In this document: one piece after another, positions 48,941 to 62,479 of the stretch
How the letters are laid out: each line of letters opens with the position of its first letter
Numbering within the stretch: the stretch's first letter is position 1
DNA from: Callorhinchus milii
Lineage: Eukaryota
NCBI RefSeq assembly: GCF_018977255.1
Contig: NW_024704742.1
Location: 101,372,001 to 101,436,000 of the forward strand
Reading direction: 5' to 3'
DNA: 64,000 nt
Notes under the pieces: generated by a model
What the model was told of the DNA's origin: nothing
What the model saw: only the letters and a program-made list of their open reading frames with translations
The model's database searches: none
Program-made: the position numbers and the translations under genes

Positions 48941-50940
48941 ATAATAATAATAATCCTTGCATTTGATAAAGCACCTTATCACATCTTTGAGATGACTCAA
49001 AGTGCTTCACAGAATATACTGTAAAGAACAACAACAACAAGATTCCATTTATAAAGCGCCTTTCACGTCAGGAGGACGTCCCAAGGCGCTGCACAGTTGG
49101 GTCATGACCCGAGCAGGGGGGAAATGGTCAGGGTGAGGGGAGGGAAGGGAGGAAGCGAGGAAGGGGAAGAGAGTCGAGAGGGGAGCTGAAGGCACGGTCA
49201 AAGAGAAAGGTTTTGAGACCGGCCTTGACGGAGGAAAGGGAAGAAGCAAGGCGAAGGCACTGGGGGATGGAGTTCCAGAGCCTGGGGCTGAGAGGCTGAA
49301 GGCCCGACCACCGACGGTAGGGCGGTTGGGGCGGGGGACGTGGAGCAGACCGGAGCCAGAGGAACGGAGGGTACGGGCAGGTAGGTAGGGGGATAGTAGG
49401 TTGGAGAGGTAGGAGGGAGCAAGGCCGTGAATGGCCTTGTAGGTGAGGATGAGGATCTTGAAATCAATCCTCTGGGGGATGGGGAGCCAGTGGAGGCGAG
49501 CGAGGGTGGGAGTGATGTGGTCCCGAAGCCTGGTGCGGGACAGTACACGAGCTGCAGAGTTCTGAATGACCTGCAGCTTGTGGAGGGAGGTGGCGGGAAG
49601 GCCGGCGAGGAGAGAGTTCCCATAGTCCAGCCTTGAGGTGACAAAGGCGTGAACCAGGGTTTCAGCAGCGTGAGGGGTGAGGTAATGCCGTAGTCTGGCG
49701 ATGTTCCGGAGGTGATGGAAGGCGGTGCCAGTTGTGGTGCGGATGTGAGGGAGAAAGGACAGCTCAGGGTCGAACAAAACGCCGAGGTTCCTGACTGGCT
49801 TTGAGAGGTGGAGAGTGCAGCCTTGGATGCTGATGGTGTCAGCGCCTGAGGTGCGGAGGCGCTGACGTGAGCCAATCAGGAGGGCCTCGGTTTTTCGCAC
49901 GTTGAGCTGAAGAAAGTTGTCTCTCGTCCAGGACTCGATGTCGGACAGGCAGCTGTCAGGACATCGGTGGTCGTGGAGTTGAGAGTAGAGGAGGAAAGGT
50001 AGAGTTGGGTGTCATCCGCATACATGTGGAAGTTAACTCCATGTCTGCGGATGATGTCACCAAGGGGGAGCATATAGAGGGTGAAGAGGAGGGGACCGAG
50101 GACAGAGCCCTGAGGGACACCACATGAGACAGTGCGGGGGGTGGAGGAGAAGCCATTCGTCGAGACAAAGTGAAGACGGTGAGAAAGGTACGACCTAAAC
50201 CATTCAAGGACAGTGCCTTGAAGGTTGAGGTGGGAGGACAAGCGGTGGAGTAGGATAGCGTGGTCGACCGTATCGAATGCTGCCGATAGGTCGAGGAGGA
50301 CGAGGAGACAGAGGGAGCCCTGGTCACAGATGGTCAGGATATCATTGGTGACCTTGACCAGGGCAGTTTCTGTGCTATGGGCAGCACGGAAACCTGACTG
50401 AAGGGGTTCGAAAAGAGAATGGGTGGAAAGGAAAGAGCGCAGTTGGGAGGCGACAACTCTTTCCAAGACCTTGGAGAGAAAGGGGAGGTTGGAGATGGGC
50501 CGGTAACTTGATAGCTGCGACGCATCAAGGGAGGGTTTTTTCAGGGTGGGCGTGATGATGGCAGTTTTTAATGGAATGGGGACAGAGCCAGAGGAGAGGG
50601 ACAGGTTGATGATGTCAGTGATGTGTGGGGCAAGAAAGTGGAGCTGAGAGATAAGGAGTGGAGTGGGGATGGGGTCAAGGGAGCAGGTGGTTGGTTTTAA
50701 AGTGAATTGACTATATTTTATGGGCAAAACACAGCAGTCAATTGCGCACAGCAGTGTCCCACAATTGAGTGACCAATTTGTTATTTTTTTTTGAAGGAAT
50801 TATTACCCCCGGAAAAGGGATCTGACAATCGACCAACAAATGGGTTTCTACTTCCTGCTAGGTAATCAGAGGCATGTGGAATAAGGAAACTTGCCCAACA
50901 TTTCACTCTGCCGGGATTCAAACCCAGGTCTCTCACTTGC
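48941..50940 (-). mobile_element. Long-form SINE split by a young L2
   Basis: The SINE sequence AGAATATACTGTAAAG/TGAATTGAC is interrupted at 49026 and resumes at 50698. Confidence 0.88.
49027..50697 (-). mobile_element. Young 5'-truncated L2 LINE with a nearly intact RT domain
   Basis: ORF 49876-50727 ([53 protein letters not shown]) and ORF 49049-49900. TAAAG duplicated at 49022-49026 and 50698-50702. Confidence 0.97.
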
Positions 50941-51399
50941 CAGGCAAGAGACCTGGGTTTGTATGATTTGTTATAAAAGATTAACAACTCCATTCTCTTC
51001 TGCTCACTCAGATCATGAATCAGCTGATTGTATTCAGATTGAACTCCTGCCCCAATGTTTCTTGCATAATAATAATCTTTGCATTTGATACAGCGCCATT
51101 CATGTCTGGAGGATGTCTCAAAGTGCTTCACAGGATTCACTTTAAAGTGTAGTCACTGTGTATATTTTGTAGCCAACCATGTATAGAATCATGCATTACA
51201 TTTTTACCTCATTTTGCGCTCACGCCATGAGTTATATGATGTTAATTGGTAGAACACACTGTTATTGCCAAAACTCTTCTCTGAGCATCATAACTGCATG
51301 AATGCTAGTTGAACCATTGCTCACGTCAAAACTACATACAGACACTCACACACACACAATACCAAGATATGAGCAAAATTCTTCACCTGTCTTTTTTGA

Positions 51400-51820
51400 C
51401 TTGGCTCATTTGGTAGCCCTCTCAACTATGAATCAGAAAGGCATGGCTTCAAGTCCCACTTTGGGATTTTGAGCCAAAGGCCGGCACAACATTCTAAAGC
51501 AGTGCAGGGAGGTGTGTTGATTTGACAGATCTTTTGTCATTCAGATGAGATGTTAAATCAAGGTGCCAACTGTCTATTCAGGTGGCTGTTAAACATCCCA
51601 AGACACTATTTGGAAAGAGAAAGGAGTTTCTTCTGATGTTCTCATGAACAGTCCTCCAGATAAAAGTTGGTCATTCAGTCATTCACTTCATGGCTGTTGT
51701 GGGACATTGCTATATTCAAAATTATTGTTTTGTATAAATGCAAAGTAGGCAAAGTCCTCACTTTAACTCAATGAAGTGTTTTGATGTTATATGCATTATA
51801 CCAAGTGCAAATGTTCTTAT
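51400..51820 (+). mobile_element. Older Deu-domain tRNA-SINE
   Basis: TGGCTCATTTGGTAGC ... GCTTCAAGTCCCACT head and GGCTGTTGTGGGACATTGCT core. Confidence 0.72.
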
Positions 51821-52629
51821 TACTGGCCACAATTTTTTAAACATCTTATTGTATTGTAACTGTGTCTGCTCTACTTTGGTCACATTTACCTTGGTTCTCA
51901 ACATGTGCACAGATATCCCCAGTGATTACCTTTGCAGAGTATCCATTGTATATTTGTGTGTGTTTCCCTTGCATTGTTACATAAAAAGCACAGATGGACA
52001 TTCCAGAAGAGAAAACACTTGTCAGGAATCCAACAACTTAAGTGGGGTCTCAATATGAGAGAAAGTAAAGTGGGAAGCAAAGTGTATCTCCTGCAGTGAC
52101 CCCATGTAAGTCACACTGACTGCCAAGAATTGGATTATTGTTCCTCCTAGGTTTCAAACACTGCAATCACTACATGTTCTGCCTCCAGGTGGAGTAATGC
52201 TGTCAGCGTCCTGCACTATGGTCCGAGGTGAAATTCTGCTCTTCAACTCAGAAGGAATTTTTAAAAATCTAATGTATTTATTTCAAATATGCTTTAATCT
52301 TTTTTTCTTCCCTCTAATGTTTATTCCTTGGATACCTCAGTCAAATAGCTATTATTCATGAGCTATTCTAGACAGTGCGTGTCTGCAGGCTAGTCATCCA
52401 TGAGATGTCACACACAAGCTCAATATTGTGCTCATCCAATGAACTAGATGAACTTTATGGAGTGCAAGGAATCAATGGATAACAGTTTTTAGTTCCTTTT
52501 CCAAATCCAAGGTCACCAGACTGATTGAGGTAAGTCATCTATTATAATATAGTTCATGTTTAAGAAAATATTGAATTTGCCAGAAAGAAGAACAAGCCAA
52601 AAAATAGAAGGCAAGTATAGATTTTGTGT

Positions 52630-53070
52630 GTCAACCCGGTTCAGTTGGTCGCAATCTCACTTCTGAGTCAGAAGGTTGTGGGTTCAAGCTCCAGGTCAGG
52701 ACTTGGTACTCATGTAGTCTAAGCTAACACTCCAATGCAGTGCTGGAGATGTGCTGCATTGTTGCAGGTACTACCCTTCAGATGAGATTTTAAACCGAGG
52801 CCCATCTGTCTGGTCAGGTGAACATTAAAAATCCCATTGGACTATTCGAAAAAGAGCAGAACATCTCTCTCAGAGTCCTGGCCAACAACCCCCAAATAAA
52901 ATTAATTATTCACTCCATGGCTGTTTGTTAGCACATTGATGTGCACAAATTGACTGCCACATTGGCCCACCAAATACACAGTAACTCCAGTTCAGAATAT
53001 AATCTGTGAAATGCTTTGGGAAATCCTCCTGATGTGAAAGGTGCTATATCAAATGCTAGGATTTCTTTCT
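52630..53070 (+). mobile_element. Older Deu-domain tRNA-SINE (best-preserved copy)
   Basis: GGTTCAGTTGGT A box, GGTTCAAGCTCC B box, CAGATGAGATTTTAAACCGAGGCCC body, Deu core, GTGAAAGGTGCTATATCAAATGC tail. Confidence 0.85.
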
Positions 53071-53344
53071 TTATTTTTGTCCTATCTAAAAAAAATGCAA
53101 CGGCCTACCTTCATTAAGTATATCAAAGAAAAAGACCACACTGATCCCTGAGACAACAATATCTCATATTTTTGTTCAAAACCATAACAGCTTCTCCACC
53201 ATATGTTATTGCCTCCACGACAATCCAAGTGCCAGTAAATAAGTCCTTTAGAACACCTACAGCTATTAACACTTCTTACGCTGTCGATTGTTCCATACAT
53301 TACAAATGTGTGACCCATCTGGATTCCTACCAATTGGTTATTAT

Positions 53345-54505
53345 TATTCTCCACCACCACTGTGTTCAGCTCCACCTTCATGGTTCTGTTCTTGCCTTGT
53401 TTCTTTCTTACATTTCCTATCGTCTCCACTTTGTATCCACAAATAACTTCTCCTCCAGCCCCATACCATCATGTGCAGCGTTCCTCAGGGCTCTGTCCTT
53501 GCTCCTCTTCTCTTTAATATTTATGTGCTCCCTCCTTTAAATATCATCCACAGGCATGGGTTAAACCTCCACATGTATGTGGATGACACCTAATTCTATC
53601 TCTCTGTTTCCACTTTGGATTCCAGGACAACTGCTGTCCTGACAGATTGTCTGCCAGCCATTAAGTCTTGGATAAGAGCCAATTTTCTCCAGATGAATGT
53701 TGACAAGACAGAGTCCCTCCTGATGGCTCCAGTCACCTCACCTCAGGTGCTGACGACATCACTATTCATGATTGCAATTTCCACCTCCCAGATCCAATAT
53801 GGACGCTTGGTGTCTTGTTCGACCTTCAACTGTCTTTCAAACCCCACAACCATGCCATGACCCATTCTGCCTTCCCCCACCTCTGCAACATTGCCCAACT
53901 CCACCTCATCTCAGCTGCTGAAACCCTCATACATGCTTTCATTATGCCCAGACTTGTTCATGCTAACTCCCTGCTCGCCAGACTTCCCAACTCTTCCCTC
54001 CATAAGCTACAAGTTATTCAGAATTATGTAGCTTGTATCCTCTCTTGCACTAAAGCTCCATGATCCAATAACTTCTCTCTTCATCCAGCTTCACAGGCTC
54101 CCCATCCCCCAAATGATTGATATCAAGATCCACGTCCTCACTTTCAAAACCCTCCCTACCTCTGCAACCTACTGAAACAGGAGTCAATCAGGAGGGCCTC
54201 TAACCGTTCCCTCTTCTTAATGGGCACTATCCTGCTCCATGTCCCCGATCCTGCCCACCCCACTATCAGTTGCCGTTCAACCTTTATGCCCCCATCTTCT
54301 GGAACTCCATCCCAGAGACCCTCCACCTTACCTCCACAAGGCCCAACTCAAGACTTTCCTTTTTGACCAGGCCTTCAGTCATCCTCCCACCTCCAAACCC
54401 CTTGAATCCAAACCCCATCTTGGGATACAAGCCCTCCACTGTACAGAGCCTTGGGATGTTTTTCCGACATGAAAGGCGCTATATAAATCCAATTTATTGT
54501 TGTTA
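53345..54505 (+). mobile_element. Degenerate L2 (RT C-terminal half)
   Basis: HMYVDDT, NFLQMNVDKTE and AETLIHAF coding, with an L2 tail. Confidence 0.85.
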
Positions 54506-55229
54506 ATGGTGCTGATGAACTGTAAACAGAAAGGCATTTACAGGAAAATAAGGTGCTTGTCGAGGTAAAAAATCTGCACTCCCATGCGACGGTTCTCACC
54601 CCTGTGTAACCCCCGAAGTTTAGTAACACAAAGTGTACGAAATAACCTCTGTTTTCAGTTCTATCTCTGTAAGTGCAAATCCCTACTCTTGTAGAACTTC
54701 ACTATATATTGCATTTTACAACCCATTGGTTTAGGAATAAATTGAAGACTGAAGGGCACTTTGCAAGCAGCGAGCATATCTTAGAGGGATGGAGAAACAT
54801 CATGAAAGTGCTGACCTGTATTGGTCAGCAAAGGGCACCTCTTGTCAACTGAACACAATAACATTGGCAGTGCTAGTACTATCCTGATACATTGTACAAT
54901 ACAATACAAATTAAATTTTTATAGTACCTTTCACATCGGGAGGACGTCACAAAGTGCTTTACAATGCTGGCTGTGCACCCGAGCTGGGGGTGAGAGCTGA
55001 GGGGGGTTGGGAAGGGTGTCCAAAAGTTGATTGAAAGTGCAGTCAAAATGGTAAGTTTTGAGACAAGGCTTTAGTGGGAGTGAATCTGAGGAACTCGGGG
55101 ATGGTTCCTGAGAGCAGGGGCAGAATGGCTGAAAGCATGTCTGCCGATGGTGGGGTTACGGTGTTCTTTCAATGTATTGAGAGTTAGTGTTCCATTAACC
55201 TAAATGATTGCTGGTTAATAATTATCTTA

Positions 55230-56302
55230 ATAATAATAATCCTTCCATTTGATAGAGTGCCTTATCACATCGGTGAGACATCACAAAGAGCTTCATAGAA
55301 TATACTGTAAAGCGAATTGACTATATATTTTGTGGGCAAAACATGGCAGCCAATTGCACACAACAATGTCCCACAAACAGTTGTGGATTGAGTGACCAAT
55401 TATTATTATTTATTTTATTTATTTTTGATGGGTTTATTACCCCCCGAAAAGCGATCGGCCAATCGAATAACAATCGGGTTACTAGTTACTGCTGGTAAAT
55501 ACAATACAAAATTATATTTGTATAGCGCCTTTCACGTTGGGAGGATGTCCGAAGGCACTGGACAGTCAGGGATTTGGACCTGAGCGGGGGGTGGATGGGA
55601 TTGGGGTAAGGGAGGGAAGAGAGGGCGGAGGGCAGGGATGGTGGCCGAAGGCACGATCAAAGAGAAGGGTCTTGAGACATTCTTTGGAGGAGGCAAGGGA
55701 GGGAGCGAGGTGTAGGGAATGTGGGATAGAGTTCCAGAGGTTGGGGATGGAGAGGCTGAACGTCCAACCGCCGATGGTGAGGCGGACTGGGTAGGGCAAG
55801 TGGAACAGGCCAGAGCCTACTGAGTTGAGGGAGCAGACAGGTTGATAAGAGGTTATTAGGTCACAGAGATAGGAAGGGGCAAGGCTGTGGAGGGCCTTGA
55901 AGGTGAGGACAAGGGTTTTGAACTCTATTTTCTGAGGAATGGGGAGCCAGTGAAGCCGGGCGAGGGTGGGGGGTGATGGGATCATGGAGCCTAGTGCGGG
56001 AGAGGACGCAAGCTGCAGAGTTCTGGATGATCTGCAGCTTGTGGAGGGAAGAATTGGGAAGGATGACAAGCAGGGAGCCGGTGTAGCTGAGTCTAGATGT
56101 GATTAATGAGGGTTTCAGCGGCCTGAGGGGTGAGGCAGTGGCAGAGTCAGGCAACATTGAGGAGGTGGGGAAAAGCAGAGCGGATCAAATAGAGGACTGT
56201 GGAGAAAGGAAACTTGCCTATGATTTTGCGCTGCTCGAGAATCAAACCCAGGTCCTCTCGCTTGTGAGGCAAGTGCTCTAACCAATACGCTAAAGGACTC
56301 CA
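55230..56302 (-). mobile_element. Long-form SINE split by an L2 at about 55500-56187
   Basis: SINE 3' part 55230-55500, head 56188-56302. AAATA occurs at both junctions. Confidence 0.82.
55500..56187 (-). mobile_element. 5'-truncated L2 LINE
   Basis: LHWLPIPQKIEFK and KLQIIQNSAAC coding, with an L2 tail. Confidence 0.9.
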
Positions 56303-57262
56303 CTTAACTCTCAATGCATCTCAATAGGTCAGGGTTGTAAATGGAGGTATAAAAATGTGATATTGGATGCTGCTGTGAAGTAAAGTGGAGATGAGGATCA
56401 ATATAAAGAAACAAAATGTGGACTTTTTTCTTGTTATTATTTCCCTTTATTATTTTTCATTGTTGTTTTGTTGTCACTCCTAGCTTTATATTAAAGCTGA
56501 GTATTTTTCCTTCAAATTAAGTTAACAGTACAGTAAATCTTCAAAGCATTAACTCTGTTTTGGGACACCAGAGAAAACAAAAACAGCTACAGGAATTATA
56601 ACTGAATCCAGGGAAGTGAGTTCAGGACTGATGAAACCCAGAGTGTGGGTGGGAAATTTATTTAGGTTGAGGGAATGAGATAGATCAAGCAGGAAAGTGC
56701 AAGATTAAGATAAGGGCATAAGAAGCATAAAGCAACCAGCACTGAGGCTTCAAGATTGTTATACCTTAGTGGGTTCATATGTTTGAGTGTCTTACTAAAA
56801 CTGATATCCTGTTGCCTTTTTCATAAATCGCATCCAAAGACAGATGATAGATAGGATGTTTTTTCTTTTTAGGTTAAGATGCCTTTGAAAAGGCTAGAGT
56901 TTGAAGGACGCTTCAATAGACAATTGCCTTCAAATGGAAGATTTTGGTTCAGCTTTGTTATTTGAAGAGCCTGCACAAAATATATTGGCATCAACTGTTT
57001 TTCCTATTTTAAATCTTTAATTTGTAATTAAGTAAGTTTGAGAGGAATAAAATCCATGTTCAATAACAGTAACATATCCTAAGTGGGTGTGCAGCATCAA
57101 AGGTACCTCAGCTGTCACCAGTGTTTGATAAATAATTATCTAGGCTTCCTCAGGAGGCTCAGCATCATACACACTCATTTCATGTCAATCTACACCAGAA
57201 CCATCTGCATTTCACAGTTATCAGTGAACAGCTGTTGACATTAACCCTCGTTCTCTTACTGA

Positions 57263-57585
57263 TAATAATAATAATAATAATCCTTGCATTTGATATCGTG
57301 CTTTTCACGTCTTCTAGACATCTCAAAGCGCTTCACAGAATATACTGTAAAGTGAATTGATTGTATATTTGTGGGCGAATGCGGCAGCCAATTGCGCACA
57401 GCAATGTCCGACAAACAGTCGTAGATTGAAAATGACCAATTTATTATTTTGTTTTGTTTTGGAGGGATTATTAGTAGGCGTGTGGAGTAAGGCAACTTGC
57501 CCAAGGTTTCGCCCTGCCTGGAATTGAACTCGGGTCTCTCGCTTGCAAAGCGAGTGCTCTAACCACTGAGCTACAGGACGCCATG
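57263..57585 (-). mobile_element. tRNA-Ala-derived SINE, short form
   Basis: Full-length reverse copy with an (ATT)n tail. Confidence 0.93.
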
Positions 57586-57854
57586 TACTGTGCAATTTGT
57601 TTGTGTTTTACGTCAAAGAAACTGAATTAACTGAAACTATCTCACACTCTCTCGGGTAAACTATATAATGGCTACAAAAATATCCATATTGGACACTCAA
57701 AATCAAACCAATTTAGTGCTTTGTAAGTCATTTACTATCTTTGTTAAAAAAATCCCAATTGAATCTAAAATGACATACATAACAAGAATTGTCAGCTATT
57801 TTCACTCTTATTCGCCTACTCCTATTCTATGCATCTTAAAATTGTATATTTTAA

Positions 57855-58162
57855 TCCTTAATCCTTGCATTTGATATAGCGCTTTTCACGTCGGGAGGAC
57901 GTCCCAAAGCGCTTCACAGAACACACTGTAAAGTGAATTGACTGTATATTTGTGGGCGAACGCAGCAGCCAATTGCGCACAGCAATGTCCTACAAACAGT
58001 CGTAGATTGAAAATGACCAATTTATTATTGTTTTTTTTTTGGAGGGGTTATTATTAGGCGTGTGGAGTAAGGAAACTTGCCCAAGGTTTCGCCCTCTGCC
58101 TGGAATTGAACTCAGGTCTCTCACTTGCAAAGCGAGTGCTCTAACCACTGAGCTACAGGACT
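57855..58162 (-). mobile_element. tRNA-Ala-derived SINE, short form
   Basis: Near-consensus reverse copy whose first few 5' bases are replaced by templated sequence. Confidence 0.93.
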
Positions 58163-61100
58163 GAATGTTGCCAGGCAATCGTTGCTCCAGGCAATCACAC
58201 TCCACTTATAAAAGAATCAGCACCATTTCACACCTGATTGCTTAAAAAATATAACGGTTGAAATCAGAAGAGTTTGTCGATCTTTGCTTTGCCTGGAATG
58301 TTACATTACATATTTTGACAAAGGTAGTAAATGTATTGGAATGGACTCAAGTAGTTTGATTTTGAGTGTTCAATATGGATTTATTTTTGTAGCCATTTAT
58401 CTGAAATAGTGTGACAATTTTACTTAATATAGTTGCTTTGATGTAAAACTTGTCCACAAAAAAATTGCACGCCAAAAAACTCAGATACATCTGTTGTTGA
58501 TATGAGAATCAGGAATCAGGAATGAATGAACTATTTGAAGCTGAGTGACGTTTATAAAATCTGTTGATTAGCAGATTTTCCACAAGTCTTTTTGTCAATA
58601 TTGCAAAGATCAGTATTTGAAAGCAGCAAAGCATTCAGGTTTAGAATAAAATCAATAAAAAACAAAAGGTTATTTTCTACCCATTTTTCCCTTCCCTTTT
58701 TCTCCAAAAGGCATTGATGTTTTTGTTCCTTCCACTGGCTCCAGGCATCCTCCAGTACTTTTTCTGAACAATTTCTGAGTCTTGATGGTGATTGTCAGCA
58801 AAGTAGAGTATCTTAGTTTATAAATCTCAGTTTTATAGGCTGATGCAATCCTCTCGTCACTGTTGCCCTGATATTTGCATTCCCAGCAACGATTGCCTGG
58901 CAACATTCAGAAGCAGAAACCTTGGTTGATTTTTCACTACCCAAACCATGCGTGCTGGAGGCATTTGCAGGATCCTTGTTGCTATCCTGGCTGCGAGAAG
59001 TTAATTCATTGCAGACCAACAACAATAATTTGCATATATATATATATAGTGCTCTTCATGTGGTCTTGGAGCGCTCAACAGTAGTTGATACCAGGCCAGG
59101 GAGAAAAGAGACGTGACCATAGGTACAGTCAAAGAAGAAAGTCCCAGGTGCAATCTGAAGATGGGAAGAGGGGTCAAAGTGGAGGAATTAAGGCAGGAAG
59201 TAAATCACAATCAATCCCCAGGGAATTTGTCCAGGCAAGTGCTGTTCTCTGTCATCCTACACTCCCCCCACCTACCCCACACCCCCCCCCCCCCCCTCCC
59301 CCCTGTACAATTATAAACTGACATTTACTGCTACATTTTATATACTTTAGAACTGAGGAAAGAGTAGTCTTGAGACTATTTTGATAGGGAGGAGCAATTT
59401 TGCATGTTGCTAATTATTCCATTAAATCAACAGGGCATAATTCATCAGAGTTGCTCCAGTGGTTAATCCTGCCAATCCACTTAGCTCAACGAATTTCATG
59501 TTTGATTCTGTTATTTTCCAATGAATCTTGATACATCATTGACCCATTATGATGGGTCAGCTCTGATGTTAATTCGTGCCAGCAACATCACCAGACTATG
59601 TCTTATGTTTCATTGACTTGTTTGCATTCCACCACAGGTGTGGTGATGTGATAATTAGCAACAACTTGCATTTATATAGCACACTTCATGCAGGTTAGCG
59701 TCCCGTAGCGCTTGACAGTGGCAGAGTCTGACCCTGAGCCAGGGGGAGAGGAAGAGGGGAGGTGACCGTAAGCACGATCAAAAAAGAAGGTCTTATCACA
59801 TTGCGCCCTGAGTTCTCCCCCTCCACCCCATTTTTCAACTGATTTGAAATGCCCCATTCTTCACCTGTTCCTAAAGAAAGAGCTATTTGTGTTCGAACAA
59901 ACGACACTAGTCATATGCAGAAGGCAGCAAAAACTGAAAAGAGATGCCCCAGACAATTCTGTGGCTGTGAATGTGCTTGTTTGGAAATAATGGAGGTCAT
60001 TGGCAGAGCCCATTGGAACAAATGGGCAATGTGGCAATATCTATCTCCCTAGACTCAGTGACTGGTCTAATGCTAATAGCTTGCCGGGTACCTGTAGCGC
60101 TGTGTCTGGTAGACAGCAATACTTCATTTAGTATCTCTTAATATTGTAGGTAAAAAAACATATGTTAAATTATGTACATTTTTCACAAGCATTTCAAATG
60201 ACTTGCTGAAGAACATTTGGAAGACCCATCACTTGAAGCATTCTCCACAAGGCAGCATTCTGGTTCCAGAGACATGACATCCTCAAACCCAGCAAAGGAG
60301 TTTTAGACGACTCTCCAGAGAAGTGAATGGTGGCAACCTAGAGATATGGAGAAGAAACCTTCTATTTTCATACATGTACGGTGAGCAGATTGATTCAACA
60401 ATTAATCTACTTTACCAAATAGACCCAGCCAATTAGATAGTGTTAGACAATTATCCCATCTGCTGTACATCCTCTGCCTTGAGACCACACAGGGGTACAT
60501 TTTGGTCAATCAAATCTGCTGGTGATTTTCTCCACATGAATCACCTGATCTAATCCCTGTGCTAATCCTGCTTGCTGCTCATATGGAGAAGGTAGATGCC
60601 TGTAGTGCTGTGTATAGTAGACAACAATGCTTCATATAACATCTTTTAGTAGTCTTCTTTTTCAGTTATGGGTCTGCTTCAATGACGGTTTGTGGCAGAC
60701 AATTGCAGGGTCGAACCATCCTCTGGCTAAAGATTAAACACTCTGGGACTGAGGCAGAGGCACAGGAAGGTCCCACCTGCTGTTCCACAAGTAAACCTAT
60801 GGCTTGCGGTAGTCAATGAGTATGTACTAAAGAAAATCTGACATGGAGGCTTCCTGTTGCTCAATGTAATAGTCCCCCAGCGGGAATTTGGATACAATAC
60901 CGATTCTCTGCTTGGTACCTTTTCTACTCTGACACAAACTACTATACAGAAGGAAAATAATAGAAATCAAAAAAGTGAAGACAGAATGAACCACATACTT
61001 CTCTTATGCATTTTCTAGCAGACGGTCACACATACCCACTGGCATAAGCTTGAGAGCAAGTCACCTGATTACATTTACATATGTTTACGAGCTTTTGTAT

Positions 61101-61789
61101 GATATGACCCAACAAACAATGAAATCATAAGGATTGGAATATTTAACTATCATCCTTTCTATAGAAAGAATTCACAGATCACTAGAAGCCTTTTTCATTG
61201 ACTTCATTCAGGAAGAACTGGGTGTGGCAGGGGCAGTTTTTCTACAGAAAAAACTAACTTGTATTTAACTCTGTTAAGTGTGTTCCCATATTGTATTCAA
61301 TCACTTCCCACTTATAGATTTCTATACAAAAATGTGTATTCACTCCTCTTATATGTGCTTATTTGTGAAGCCTAATGTATTTCATTTAACATTCCTCCAT
61401 TCGATGAAGGATCTTCCTGTGTAACTGAAAAGGATGAACACCCAATTTACCACATGCTGTTTACCCATCTTGTAAAAGAATTGCCCAATAAATTGTTTTT
61501 TTTCTTTCTTTCGCTCTCTTGCATTTTGAAGTCTATTATTGGCTGGTACCTGTTGATTCTGAAGCAAACTACGGCTGTAGAAAAATAGTACTTCTCCATC
61601 TAGCAATACAGCCATCCATCATCTGGGCTCTGTCCCAGCCATGCTAGTTTGTTGCCAGATTTGAAGAGGTTGCAGGGCCATCAATTCTCTGACAAAGATT
61701 TTATTGCTATGCGAGAAATGACATAAATCCTTGTATATCTGGACACAGAACTATACTCTAGGGAGGCGCTGAGCTGAAGTCTATTCTTT

Positions 61790-61923
61790 GTTTACAACAA
61801 CAACAACAACAAGATTCCATTTATAAAGCGCCTTTCACGTCAGGAGGACGTCCCAAGGCGCTGCACAGTTGGGTCAGGACCCGAGCAGGGGGGGAAATGG
61901 TCAGTTTACAACAACAACAACAA
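61790..61923 (-). mobile_element. Very short young L2 3' end flanked by a 20-bp duplication
   Basis: Nearly identical to the tail at 49027-49130. GTTTACAACAACAACAACAA at 61790-61809 and 61904-61923. Confidence 0.9.
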
Positions 61924-62479
61924 AATATGCCATTTATATTGTGCCTTTCACATCGGCGCTGGGCTGGGCAGTCAAGAGTTTGCACCTGATCTGTGGATTG
62001 GATTCAGAAGGGGTAGGTCCGAACGGGGGTGGAGCAAGACCATGGAGGGTTTTAAAAGGGATGACGAAGATCCTGAAATCAATCCTGGCAAATGTGGAGT
62101 CAATGAAACTGGGTGAGGATGGGGGTGATAGTAATAATTATTTCAACTCACAATACCCTCCTTGCAAAGAAAGGAGGGTACATCCTAAAGTTTGAATTCG
62201 TAGTTGGCAAAAAAATCGTGTTAAATCAAATCATTAAGTTGCTAGTCATAAATACTGGACCTCAGTTTGGAGGAATGGCACTTCGGACAATGCAGTATCC
62301 CTCCCCCCTCCTTCAGTAATGGAATGTCAGTCTAGACTATGAACTCAATGTCTCCCACATGGTATTTGAACTCACAATCTTCTGACCAGAAGTGGAAGTT
62401 TTGCCAACTGGGTCCTACCAAATCATCCACATTTTGAAAACAAAATTAGTCACCTTTTCCCTTTGAACTTCATCTATGC

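Noticed and set aside
49049..50727. Host or domesticated reverse transcriptase gene
   Set aside because: It is 5'-truncated and frameshifted, has a retroposon tail and target duplication, and sits inside a SINE. It is an L2 insertion.
56873..56965. Candidate exon after TTTTCTTTTTAG (also the acceptor at about 60665)
   Set aside because: Frames hit stop codons or lack good donors, and no protein is recognisable.
61382..61650. ORF 61382-61615 and the plus-strand acceptor near 61530
   Set aside because: The Lys/Arg run comes from a pyrimidine tract. There is no convincing donor and no known protein similarity.
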